A stretch of DNA of 63,298 nt, counting the filler, from Octopus bimaculoides (taxonomy: Eukaryota): the NCBI RefSeq assembly GCF_001194135.2. It is 5 parts of 4 records of this genome, joined end to end, with 100 filler letters (N's around TTAATTAATTAA, not from the genome) between each part and the next. Parts side by side here need not be neighbours in the genome. Positions count along the whole stretch, not along the records: positions 15,696 to 42,061 come from NC_068991.1; 4 more parts are not named here. One strand, 5' to 3'. Of this stretch, positions 25,475-38,290 are shown piece by piece; position 1 is the stretch's first letter; the number at the start of each line of letters is the position of its first letter. Under the pieces are notes generated by a model. It did no database searches. It was not told the DNA's origin and saw only the letters and a list, made by a program, of their open reading frames with translations. A program made the translations under genes and the position numbers.

Positions 25475-26987
25475 NNNNNNNNNNNNNNNNNNNNNNNNNN
25501 NNNNNNNNNNNNNNNNNNNNNNNNNNNNNNNNNNNNNNNNNNNNNNNNNNNNNNNNNNNNNNNNNNNNNNNNNNNNNNNNNNNNNNNNNNNNNNNNNNNN
25601 NNNNNNNNNNNNNNNNNNNNNNNNNNNNNNNNNNNNNNNNNNNNNNNNNNNNNNNNNNNNNNNNNNNNNNNNNNNNNNNNNNNNNNNNNNNNNNNNNNNN
25701 NNNNNNNNNNNNNNNNNNNNNNNNNNNNNNNNNNNNNNNNNNNNNNNNNNNNNNNNNNNNNNNNNNNNNNNNNNNNNNNNNNNNNNNNNNNNNNNNNNNN
25801 NNNNNNNNNNNNNNNNNNNNNNNNNNNNNNNNNNNNNNNNNNNNNNNNNNNNNNNNNNNNNNNNNNNNNNNNNNNNNNNNNNNNNNNNNNNNNNNNNNNN
25901 NNNNNNNNNNNNNNNNNNNNNNNNNNNNNNNNNNNNNNNNNNNNNNNNNNNNNNNNNNNNNNNNNNNNNNNNNNNNNNNNNNNNNNNNNNNNNNNNNNNN
26001 NNNNNNNNNNNNNNNNNNNNNNNNNNNNNNNNNNNNNNNNNNNNNNNNNNNNNNNNNNNNNNNNNNNNNNNNNNNNNNNNNNNNNNNNNNNNNNNNNNNN
26101 NNNNNNNNNNNNNNNNNNNNNNNNNNNNNNNNNNNNNNNNNNNNNNNNNNNNNNNNNNNNNNNNNNNNNNNNNNNATATATATACATACATATATATATA
26201 TACACATATATATATGTATATATATATGTGTGTTTGTGTGTATCTGTGTATCTATCTATCTATTTATCTATCTATTTATCTATCTACTTATCTATCTATC
26301 TATTTATCTATCTACCTATCTATTTATCTATATGTATATATATATTTTTTGTGAGTATTTGAATTTTGTGGCTATGTATTTTCAGTTACACATATATCAC
26401 CCAGGCCTATGTTGTACCAAGTCTTGGTTGGAATGTTATTCATGGATACACGACAATTTTGAAATGCAAGGTTTCCTATAACTATCAATAGACGTCTATT
26501 TACAAATGAGATATAAGTAATTACAAAAATGTCATAACATCGCTAAATATATTGTATGTATATGTGTGTGTATTATTTTCAGCAAGCATCAACCATTTTA
26601 TCTGTGGAAATGTCATTCTTATTTTATATTATTTTATTTTATTTTATTTTATTTCAATTATAATTATCACTGGCTAAATGCACTCTCTGAAAAATGTACA
26701 ATGGAGCGGTTTGCACATATGTCTTTTTAAAGACCAAATAATCATCTGTGTCTCAAAGAAAGAGTGCCAAAGGACATTCACTTTGGTTTACATAAATTAA
26801 ATACCGTTTTTTTTGTTGTTATTTTGTAGAAATACTTCGGTCAATAATGTATTTCGTGATTGAGTATATATATATATATNNNNNNNNNNNNNNNNNNNNN
26901 NNNNNNNNNNNNNNNNNNNNNNNNNNNNNNNNNNNNNNNNNNNNNNNNNNNNNNNNNNNNNNNNNNNNNNNNNNNNNNNNNNNNNNN

Positions 26988-27088
<101 letters not shown>

Positions 27089-27849
27089 GACATATTCAAA
27101 CACATACATATGTATATGTGTGTGTCTCCGTGTGCATATGTGTGCGTCTCTGTTTTGCATTGTTTCTCCAAATGAAGTCAATAAATTGATTACTAGACTT
27201 TAGTATTGTGGTCGATTTGTTCGACTAAACGTCTTCAAGCTTGTGCCTCGGCATGGCTAATCTTCAATCTCTGCAACAATTCAAACATTAAAAAAAATCA
27301 TAATGTCTATATTCCACATGTTTCGCTACATTTTCTACTTCCATATTCTGCTCACAGAACATTTCTATATCCGTGTCAACAGAAAGTGCCAAACGGAGAG
27401 CTGAAATACAGGATACCGTGTTACGAGGCGAGCATTTTAAATATAAATTGCTCTATAATTTATTAAAAAAAAATATTGCACTATAATTCGAATATATATC
27501 TCTGTCAACAAAAGTGCACATTTATGAAGAAAGATGTTCTTCGTTTAAATTTTCATTTACATTTAAAACGAAAATAATTTTCTGTCAATAAAAGCCTCGT
27601 GAAATAACATGAGACACAATTTGCTGACCTGAATATATCTACATACCTATAAATATCTACAAAGACAGATCAGGCACTTATTGCTGAGGTATGGTTATCA
27701 TGAGAGAAAGCTTCTTCAGAATTATAATTCAAGAATCTCACTTATTTCTATGTTTCCTTCATGTGGAATTGGTAACATAATTGGCCATAATTTAATGGCA
27801 TAAGTTTAATAATCTTTGACCTTCATTCTAATTACATGTGGCTGCGTGT

Positions 27850-27897
<48 letters not shown>

Positions 27898-28287
27898 ATA
27901 CACATATATGTATGTGTATACATACATACATCTCTGTGTGTGTGTTTTGGTTTTGGACTATGAGCATGAGTATATACACATTTATATACATTAAACTGGA
28001 TATATTCTAAACATTTGAAACAGTTGTATGTGCAATAAATCATACGGATCTCAATTGTCGGAAGTACAAGAAAATAAACGCACAAGTTTAAGGAGTGGAG
28101 CAGGTAAAGACCAGGCTACCTGTTCTCTAGCTAGCAGATCCTTGAAAGTAATAATTACTCAACGAGGGGTACGCCACTAGCGATTCATCAGGCTGAAGAC
28201 ACCTTAGTGAATTAGTTAATTGAAGGTTCGACATTTGTCAACGGGTCCCATGTTCACCTGCAGTAGAATTGATCGAAAGACATATTT

Positions 28288-28391
<104 letters not shown>

Positions 28392-29198
28392 CACCTACAG
28401 ATGAATTTTCATGCGATACTTCATGTAATTGACTACGTATATGACAATATCTGATGCGGCTATCTTAGTACTTGACTGTAATTCTCCGTACCGTTTCTTC
28501 AGTTTGCAAAGCTAAAACACTCTCGTCGCAAACGCTGCACTATTTCAATTGATTTTTATAACAACTTTAGTAAGATACACAAATTAAAGACATGTTCTTC
28601 GTTTTTCATTTCATTTATTAACAACTTTATTAAATTAATCCGCTTGTAATCCATGTCAATTCTAGGGTAAAGATTCTGACATAAAACAGAGAGAAGTACT
28701 TGACATCGTAATCCGATTGCTTGCATAAATTTTATTAGTTCATCATGAATTATTCGAAATTCATTAAACACGTCCTATGAAGTATTCTCTCTTTCGGGTA
28801 GTTCTTGTATCAGTTATTTGAAATTTTAATGGACTTTTCAATAATTTACGGTAATAAATATAGAATCAACTGATTACATTCCATTTGATGGCAACAAAAT
28901 TTAATCATTATTTTTTTTTTATGTCATGCAGTAGCCGTCTTCGTTATCAGAAAGCTTGTATGAGTGTTGTGCGTGAGTTGCTTTTAATGCTAAGATTAAT
29001 TTTTATAATGAATAAAATTATTCTTTTCCGTTTCAAGATTGCGGTCATACTGGAGTATAGCCTTCGAGGCTGGCTGTCAAATACTATCAATCCTATACTC
29101 GATTCGGTATATTGTATTTCAAAATCGGTTTCCATAAATTAAACGGTAAATATAGACTACATTAATATAAAGACATGCAGATATAAAGACATACCGAT

Positions 29199-29366
29199 AG
29201 GCGCAGAAGTAGCTGTGCGGTAAGTAGTTTGCTTACCAACCACTTGGTTCCGGGTTCAGTCCGACTGCGTGGCACATTGGGCAAATGTTTTCTACTATAG
29301 CCTTGGACAGACCAAAGCCTTGTGAGTGGGTTTGGTAGACGGAAACTGAAAAAGGCCCGTCGTATG

Positions 29367-29405
<39 letters not shown>

Positions 29406-29602
29406 TTGTCCCACAAACAACAGCGCTTGACACCCGACACTGGTACGTTTGTCCCCGTAACTTAGCAGCTCGTAAAACAGACCGATAGAATAAATACTAG
29501 GCTTACAAAGAATATATCCTGAGGTCGATTCGTTCGACTAACGGCGATGCTCCATCATGGCCGGGTTCAAATGACTGAGAAAAGTAAAAGAATAAAAGAA
29601 TA
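29199..29602 (+). mobile_element. tRNA-derived SINE, family A, full length, with internal (TA)/(TG) microsatellite
   Basis: A-box-like TAGCTGTGCGG, B-box-like GGTTCAGTCC, CORE-like CACATTGGGCAAATGT, tail ATGACTGAGAAAAGTAAAAGAATAAAAGAATAA. Halves recur at 4203, 48722, 54683 and 56560. Confidence 0.85.
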
Positions 29603-30389
29603 ACACAATACACGCATACACAAACACATACACGCACTCGCGCGCACACACACACACGCATATATTTGTATGCCTGTATGTATGTATGTTTGTATAAGAT
29701 GGAAGTGTGTCTATATTTTTACGGCGTGAGTGACAGCTTTTGTAGAATTATATAAACGTCCGACTAAAACCTAACAAACCGACATTTCGAAGTTACTAAC
29801 ACCAACCTTCTAAAGCCATAACAATTATATATACTAGAAAATGTACTCCGGGTATTTCTACAGTTTAATGTAAAATTGTGTTTATTTAACTCTATATAAA
29901 CACAAATATTAATATGTATGTATTAATATTAATGTTTGCTTAAATATATAAATTTATATAAAAATATGAGCATTTGTTTGAAGGATCACTGAATATTTGT
30001 TAATAGAATATACGTATATATTAATTTTTACAAGGAAAAATTTGACATTGACTTGTAAATTTTGACTATCTATATGACTGCTGTTTACTTTGGTTTCCTA
30101 CCCGTTTATCAATCTATCTATGAATCTATCTATCCATCCGTCTGTCAATCCGTTTCTCTGTTAAGATTATAATTTTTGAACGAGAGTATGGACGGTGGTT
30201 CCTCTCGTGTATAGTTTATGTTTAAATTTCTGAAATTTTGAAATTTTAATCACCTCTTGTTTTGAACTTCACAAAGACAGACGTAGTGTCGAAATATTGT
30301 TCAACGAATAAAATATCTATACAATCGAATCGCGCTCTTCGTCTTGACAATTTACCTTCGTGAAGAGTTACGTCAATCCTTTTTAAAAT

Positions 30390-30465
<76 letters not shown>

Positions 30466-30501
30466 TAATAATAATAATAATAACATCGAAAAATATTTTA
30501 G

Positions 30502-30638
30502 GAATGAGAACCCAGGTTCGAAATTACCCCCAACAAACCTGATGAATGCTGGAGGGTACATCAGTAGAAACGTTTTGTTAACAACAAACAGGATGCGAAC
30601 AAATATCCGTCAAATCTAAAAAATGTAAATAATGTAGA
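30502..30638 (+). mobile_element. Short dispersed element containing a degenerate minimal hammerhead core
   Basis: Colinear with 53266-53391. CTGATGA at 30539-30545, stem TGCTG/CAGTA, GAAACGTT at 30567-30574; helix I is mismatched. Confidence 0.7.
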
Positions 30639-32769
30639 AAATAAAAATGGTCAAGAATTAGTTTACTCGGGCTTCTTTTCAATTTTCAATTACAGCAGGG
30701 TGTGAAATATGAGAATTTTGGCTGTTATATTTAGTCAGGTTAAAATCTCCAGTTAGCATCGTTCTTCTTAACTCTAATGTATATAACTCTAACATATATA
30801 TATGTTATAGAAACTCCGTTTCGGTAGGAAACAATATTTTGACATTTATAATACATGAAATATTTAATAAGAAACGTCCTCCATTTTGTCCTTTCATGTC
30901 TGGTAGAACATTCCAGACTAGAAGTTGATTTGAAGAAGCGGTTGATGTGTTCACGCAATTTGATTTGGACAAGATAATTTAATTGCATATTTATTTTCGC
31001 TGTTATCTACTACATATAGATGGCATGTATATAAGTCGCTATGTCCTTAATATCCTTTTATAAAAGATATACGCCTAGGCCACGAAATAGAATGAAAATT
31101 CGGTTTCTTATGCTGCTACAAATAAAATTCAAACTCTCTGAAATCACATCTAGTTTGTTTTTAAATTTATTATGAACGACTCATTAGAAAAAAGTAGTAT
31201 GAGATGAATTACCTCTGAACAAAGGGGGAAAACGAGATTATAACTCTAGAATATTTCTTAGATATTTTCTTGATCTGTGATTCCTCAAAGTCAAAAGGAC
31301 TAAAAACAGGCGTCAAATTTCAGCACCATATTCCGAGCGCTAATGCACTTGCGAAACCCATTATCTCTTATTCTAAATAATCCTGAATCACTGGCCTTCC
31401 AGTGGAAGCTTTGCTTTAACAAAATCCTGGAATTTGACGATAATAACTAATCATTTAGACGATATGATTTACTAGAATTAAATTAAAAGTTGTTTCATTT
31501 GGTTTCTCGAATTCGAAATTAAATTAAATTAAATTCAGTACCAGTAATATACTTCGTAGAAATGAACGGTTTATATTAAACACCTGAAATGTGTTCAATA
31601 TATACTTCTTTACGTCGGCATTTTTCTTCCGTTGAAGATACAATTTTGTTAGCAAAATTCTCCGTTTAATTTATAATGAAGATATATATTTTCACCTCCC
31701 TCCAGTACCTTTCTTCCAGTTCTCCTACATCAAATATTACGTTATTTTTTCAATCAAAAATTCTAAATAGAAATTTAATATCGTTAAAATGAAAATGTTT
31801 TGAATTCCATTTTCTGTTCTTGTTAATGTTAAGATATTTTGTTTCTATTTTATCCATGAAATTTTATATTAATAAAAAGATACAATTAAAACCACTCTAT
31901 TTCTTATTTCCTTTATTCATTTTTGCTCGATATGACAATTTCAATATTCCACACGTTTCTCTACTCCTACATAAAATGCGTATTCAAATGAAACGTTTAA
32001 AATATATTTCAACAGCGATTTAAGCTTTATTTTTTATTGTATTGTGGTTTCAGAGGACATTTCGATTAGATATATGGTTGGCCAATGGAAAATATTTTCT
32101 CTTTTCTACAATGATTTCAGATAGACATATTTGTCAGGTTACAGACAGAAAGAAGAAGATACCAATACAGCGATATTAAGTGATAAATGATGTGTTCTGT
32201 CAAGATATATTCGGAAGTAGCAGATCTGATGCGTGTAGCGCATTGATGTAAGCAACGTCTGTACATGCTACAGCTACTAGCAGTCGGATTTACTCGTAAC
32301 AACAATAATCAAAATTGCAATGTCAGCCATATTCATGAGACCATTGCTACAGTAACGAGAACATAATATCGGTATAGTTTTGTAATTGCCATATAGTCGA
32401 ACTAATTGACACAGAGATAGAAACGAAGTGTTGCAAGAGAAAATAAGTATATTTTTGAAAAATTTTATGTAAAACTCAGACATCATTTACAGAGAACAAT
32501 ACTTAGAGATCACTATCAATTAAATCTAGATTAAAATTTCACTCAAGCCAAAGGAGGACATACAACAGGATTGTTCGATCAGCAAGAAATAACTGTTGCG
32601 TCACCCTCGAACTATATCATAGCTCTATACAAATTTCAGGACATACAAGACAATACAAAAATACCAAGTGTCTGTCTGTATTAGCGGTCATTATACTTCC
32701 TTGATCAAAAGTGACCTCTGACTAAATTATACCGTTTTGCAATAGTTTGGTGCCATGCTTTATTCGTCA

Positions 32770-32945
32770 CGTTTCCATAAAACGAGACTAGTATTCCACG
32801 AATAGGTCATCGTGTTGCACCGTCAATTCTTTTGAACCCACGCGTATACCATTTCTTTTCCTTCGAGGCAAAGACCTCCTTCACTGAATCATTCACTTCC
32901 TTTTGTTTTGCGAAGTGTCGGGAGTGCAGCAATTGAGCCATGGAT
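32770..32945 (-). mobile_element. Mariner transposase C-terminal remnant
   Basis: Minus-strand RHFAKQKEVNDSVKEVFASKEKKWYTRGFKRI resembles mariner C-terminal F...EEV...FFASK..FY.RGI. Confidence 0.45.
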
Positions 32946-33109
32946 CAGAACATTATTATACATTTCTCGTTCGTTTTATACCGATCGTTATAATGCAAGT
33001 GGAAGTTAATCATGATTTCAATTCAGATATTTAATGTAAGTACAAAAAAACCGCCACGTATTTCCCAAAAAACATAAAAATTTGCTATTAGGCGAAACAA
33101 GATGTATGT

Positions 33110-33218
33110 GCAGTGTTTATTATTCGACGGAATTTGAACTCAGAATGTAGAGAGCCTAAAAAAATACTGCTAACCATTTTGACCGTCGCACGAACGATTC
33201 TGCTACCTCTCAGCCTTA
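33110..33218 (-). mobile_element. SINE family B, 5' fragment
   Basis: GGAATTTGAACTCAGAATGT...AACGATTCTGCTA matches the family B head. Confidence 0.6.
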
Positions 33219-34194
33219 AAAGGAATAAAACATTAAAACGAAAGAAATGTTAAAGCGCCTGATACTAAATAAGTCAGCATAGAATCAGCTACCCCAAATA
33301 AGTGGCGCCACAACGACTGTGCCAAATGACTCATACCGTAAGGCATTACCAGCGATTTGCAGCAATCAAAACCGCCGGTTTTTCCCTTAGATAACTAACC
33401 ATGGTTTGGAGAGTGGAGGCTTGCATAAATGGAAAATTGCCAGTCTTTGTCTAAATATTTTGCCAAGGATTATGCACACAAATGAATATGCAAGGATAAT
33501 CTTAACCGATAAAGGGCTGATCTATTTAATATTAGTGAAAGATTAGAGAGAAGGAAAGGGTAAAACTGCGACGCACATGAGAAGATCCATCGACTGCGAT
33601 GTTCACTTCTCTAGGATTATATTTGCGCATACATTACAGAAATCTTATTTATCAAGAATATTTCGAGATAATAAGATTATAATTTTTGAAGTATTAATCC
33701 TCATTTTTAGAGTTTCACAATTTTTTTTTTTTGTTTTCAAAGATATTTATATTTTTACTAAGTTTGATATCTGATCCTCGGGGATATCTTTACATCTAAA
33801 AATAAGACAATTCTATCAGCGATCAAACTCATTGATATGTAGTGCAAATAATATCATCTGAAAAGCTAAGCTAAATAATCTGAAATGTCATAATCATATT
33901 AGCAAAAAAAAAACTTCTCTTAGACTTTCAGATATTCAGTTACAACAAAACAAATAATTTTTATTACATTATCGTCTTTTCTTAAATATCAGACAAATAC
34001 AGAAATGCGTTTATGAATGATGGCATACAATGGTTAAACACGTTAGTCGACATTGCATTCCTTCACCCAGCGCTAGATTAACCATAAAGCAAAATAAGCA
34101 GGTGATTCGGGCATCAAGAGAAGGAGGGGGCACCACAGAAAAGGTAAGTGTTTTACGGCACAAAAGAAATCACTTTAAACTTGCTGAAATAATA

Positions 34195-34496
34195 TTCGGG
34201 ATGCCTTTATCTCTACTAAGTATAGATGCAGATGTGTTACCTAAGATTAATTTTGAGGATCTGATCAAAGACTTTGCAATTCAAAAGAGTAGGAGGAAAC
34301 TTTTGAAATATAAATAAAATTAGAAAAATACAAAAATAAACATTATTTTCCCCTCTTACTGTTTTGTTTCGTTTTGAAAAATAAAAATATTATTTCATGG
34401 TTTATTATTGTTTATATTTTGAAATACATAATCTTTTAAGGGGGCACCAAAGTCTTTTAAGTGCTAGGGGCCTCGATGCGTGCATATCCGGCCCTG
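34195..34496 (+). mobile_element. hAT element 3' end (extreme C-terminus plus right TIR)
   Basis: LSLLSIDADVLPKINFEDLIKDFAIQKSRRK resembles hAT C-termini; ends in CCGGCCCTG (34488-34496), the reverse complement of a CAGGGCCGG hAT terminus. Confidence 0.55.
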
Positions 34497-35660
34497 CCTT
34501 CACCATAAAGCAAGGCTATGGTTACGTATATTACAATGTTTTATGCGTGGAATGGTACAGTAACAGGTAAAGTTATTTTCTCGAGTCGTACCGACTAATA
34601 AGGGCTGATTTTACCGTTTCGCGGAACAATGTGGCTGGGACGTAATCTCCTTATCACACAGTTACGCCAAATACGTGTAATTGCATTTACTCAGTTAGAC
34701 AAGTCCACTACTTCCTTGCTATTTTGCTTGTCAAGCACAGAATAATGATGCCTGTCAACATTGTAGGCATTTCAAATGGGAATCGAAACCGTTCTAAATA
34801 GTACTATATATATAATTTCTTAGTCGATGCACGGATTCGTCACATCTGGGTTCATTTTCAATCCAATGAAATTAGCTCTTGATTTCGGCACCCAATTTCA
34901 GGACATGGAAATATTGATTGACAGGCTATTATTTTATTGCGTTCGGAAGGGTGTAAGTCCAAATAGACACGAAGGGGATTTAGAATTAAAAGTTATGAAA
35001 AAGAATCGACGAATAACGGGCTATATTTTGCTTATTTGTTCATGGATTTCGCTAATCCACAGACTCAATATCTACAACAGTATCTACAATAAAGTGGATA
35101 AGTGTAATTAAAGAGAACAGTAAAGAGAATACATAGGAAGCACACATAAAATCTGAGCGATAGAATTAAACGTTAGAATATGATACATATCGAGGTCATG
35201 AAAGTGAAAAATAGATACGTTGCAATATTTAGAGTAGCAATTTAAACAATAGTGAATTTGGTGTAAAAGCGACTCATTTGAAAGGATATAAATATTTAGT
35301 ACAGTACGGTGGTGGATTACTGCTGCTAACTGAGAAGAGTAGGAAATTATGTAATCAAAGAATAAAATATTACCGAATGTAAGTCGGAGAAAGCAACTAG
35401 GAAATACGTCATTTCTTGTGAAGACGCCACTATGTAAATTGTACATGCAATATATANNNNNNNNNNNNNNNNNNNNNNNNNNNNNNNNNNNNNNNNNNNN
35501 NNNNNNNNNNNNNNNNNNNNNNNNNNNNNNNNNNNNNNNNNNNNNNNNNNNNNNNNNNNNNNNNNNNNNNNNNNNNNNNNNNNNNNNNNNNNNNNNNNNN
35601 NNNNNNNNNNNNNNNNNNNNNNNNNNNNNNNNNNNNNNNNNNNNNNNNNNNNNNNNNNNN

Positions 35661-35692
<32 letters not shown>

Positions 35693-36362
35693 CATATATC
35701 AGTATATATATATATATATATATATATGCATAGGGGTGGGTGTTTCATCGATATTAATTTTATGATTTATTTGGGAAGCGAAAGGAGATATTATGTGTAG
35801 AAACTATTCTTTCCAACTGCTTCCTGGTCACACGTATTCGTACGACAGCTCACGTTTATATTAAACAACGTATACACTGTCACTAGAAAGTATTCAGTTT
35901 CTATCTACAGATATACGTTTATACTTCTATTAAACCATTTTATTACTCTGCGTTATATTTGCTATTCCAGTTATGGCTGTTTCTATATCTGGGAACAAAT
36001 AGGAAACTGATTCTGGCAAGCTTCCACATCCATTGGCTTTTGATTTTGGAAACGTAATCTTTATCAGTTGTCGAAATTCTTTTGAAATTATTTCGCAAAA
36101 GAATGATTGAATAAAATGCTATAGTGAGACGATTTTACCGGAAATTCATGAACCAAATTCTAGAAATAAATCAAAATCCGATACAAAAGACTTTTCTTAT
36201 TTTATTATTTATTTATATTTCATACATAATGCTGAGAAAACGACAGCGTAGTACATCTCGAATTCTTTTAAAGCGACAAGAAGATGCGTGTGGTTTTGTT
36301 AATTGTAATCAGAACGATATAATGATGATCGTATATTTTCCTAGATTATTGGAAATAAAATA

Positions 36363-36561
36363 TACCGAGGGGTAACTGAAAAGTTTCTGGTTTTATTGGG
36401 ATCGCAATAGGCCTTGTTGGAGGCCCAAATTTCCGAGGTGTTTTCATAGGGCTTAGAAAAACTAAACGACCGCTGCAGTAAGTGTGTGAATCTGAGAGGG
36501 GGGATATGTTGAATAAAATCCTAAATAACTGAACCTCCTGTTTTCAGTACCCCCTATCGTA
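36363..36561. mobile_element. Mariner-type MITE, second copy in opposite orientation to 16670-16889
   Basis: TACCGAGGGGTAACTGAAAAGTTT...TTTTCAGTACCCCCTATCGTA; internal GCTTAGAAAAACT is the reverse complement of AGTTTTTCTAAGC in the first copy. Confidence 0.65.
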
Positions 36562-37865
36562 TCGATGAGATTTTACCTGTATTTTGTCAGTTTAAAACGC
36601 CTCATCGTACGATGGATGTTCCAAGAGTCTGAGGAACGGTATTAATCCCAAACCCTTTCATTTTAACCCCTTAAACATTAGTATGTCTAGTGTCTTAACC
36701 AGTTTAAGATACCATTGACTAAATGCGATTATCCTGATTTGCTGAATATGGCAATTTGAGAAAACCAACCGAATAATTCTTTTTTTATTGTTGTTATTTT
36801 GTACCTGAGGGGCAATAAGCTTAGGATTGTTTCAGCCTTCGTGCTCACTTTAGGAGGCTGTCTAACTTAAACTATGAAGAAAAGCGGCTACCATGTATAC
36901 TTTATGAATTCTGGCTCAAGGATTGGGTTGGCACCGAGTTATAGTAGAATCACTAGATTCTTACCACAGCGCCAGCCACGCCTGCTCCTCTGTATGTACA
37001 AGCATATGTATATAAATATGTATATGTATATAAGATCTAAGGAACTATACAAAGATATACAGAGTCGAATGATTCGCAGCTGTTATATATATTTGTTTAC
37101 ATTGTTTGAGCCACATTTACATTACTTAACATTTCATGGAAGTGAGAAAAATTCATCTTTCTAGAGATCTCGAAAATTATGTGATTGATCATGATCACTT
37201 GGCGGGTAAACAGAGTCGACGCGAAATCCGTGGTGATTATTGGATAATGACGGCCGTGAACATCTGCGCCCGGCATCGACGAATTTTTATTTTTTATTTA
37301 ATTTAATTTTTTTTTTTTTTTTGCATATCGTAGCTTTTATACTGAGGTACTGGCCTGACGCATGCGTAAATTTCATTTGCGCTTCTGGTCTAGTAATCTT
37401 ATCAGGTGTTCAGTGACGTCCGCAGACTTGGGCGATGCAATCAGTAGAACACCAAAATCAGCGTTTTGTTGAAAGACAAATGAAATTACTTGCGACGATG
37501 GACCGAAAAAATTTCTGTGTTAGTGACGTGGACAGATGTTTGCGGAAATTTCAGGTGAGAATTTATGAACAATTCCCAAATTACATGGGTTTGTAGTACA
37601 CTAAGAGACAGATAGTGTCACTGCCATATTGCAGCACACTCAGCTAGGCTTCTTTAGTAAGTATTTAGAGCGCTGTGTAGACAAGAGTGCAAAGCAGGAT
37701 TGCTAGAACAGGTTATCTGATAATGATAAAATCGGTTTGGTAAGACAGACATGTCAGTCTGTTATAGTCGCTATGGTCACCCTCCCCCTCTCTCGGTTAA
37801 CAGTACAAAGATTTTAGCGTTCCAATAAATAATAAATAAAGGAAAAATATGAGGCTGATTGTCTG

Positions 37866-37992
37866 CTGGTACCACTGTGTGTGTGTGTGCGTGCGTACAC
37901 CTGTGCGAGGCTGTTTTTGCGTGTGCTTCTGTGTGTATGCGCAATTGTATGAGACTGTGTGTGGTTGTGTGTGCGCGTAACTTTATAAGACT

Positions 37993-38086
<94 letters not shown>

Positions 38087-38208
38087 GTTCGTGTGTGTGT
38101 GTACGCGTGCGTACAACTGTTTGAAACTATTTTTGTGTGTGTTTCTGCTGTGTGTAGGCGCAACTGTATGAGACTGTGTGTGGTTGTGTGTACTCGTAAT
38201 TATATGAA

Positions 38209-38252
<44 letters not shown>

Positions 38253-38290
38253 CGTGGGCGTTATACTGTACGAGACTTTGTGATTTTGTG
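37866..38290. repeat. Higher-order (TG)n-based minisatellite, ~230-bp unit duplicated
   Basis: GCGCAA(T/C)TGTATGAGACTGTGTGTGGTTGTGTGT at ~37938 and ~38158, each followed by a pure (TG)n run. Confidence 0.8.

Noticed and set aside
30262-30304. Hammerhead-like GAC-GTAGT-GTC-GAAATATT with TTGAAC/GTTCAA pairing
   Set aside because: No CUGANGA, and the linker is 12 nt rather than 7-8 nt.
32117-32486. Two hydrophobic minus-strand ORFs vaguely like GPCR helices
   Set aside because: They are in different frames, with no convincing motif and no supporting splice sites.
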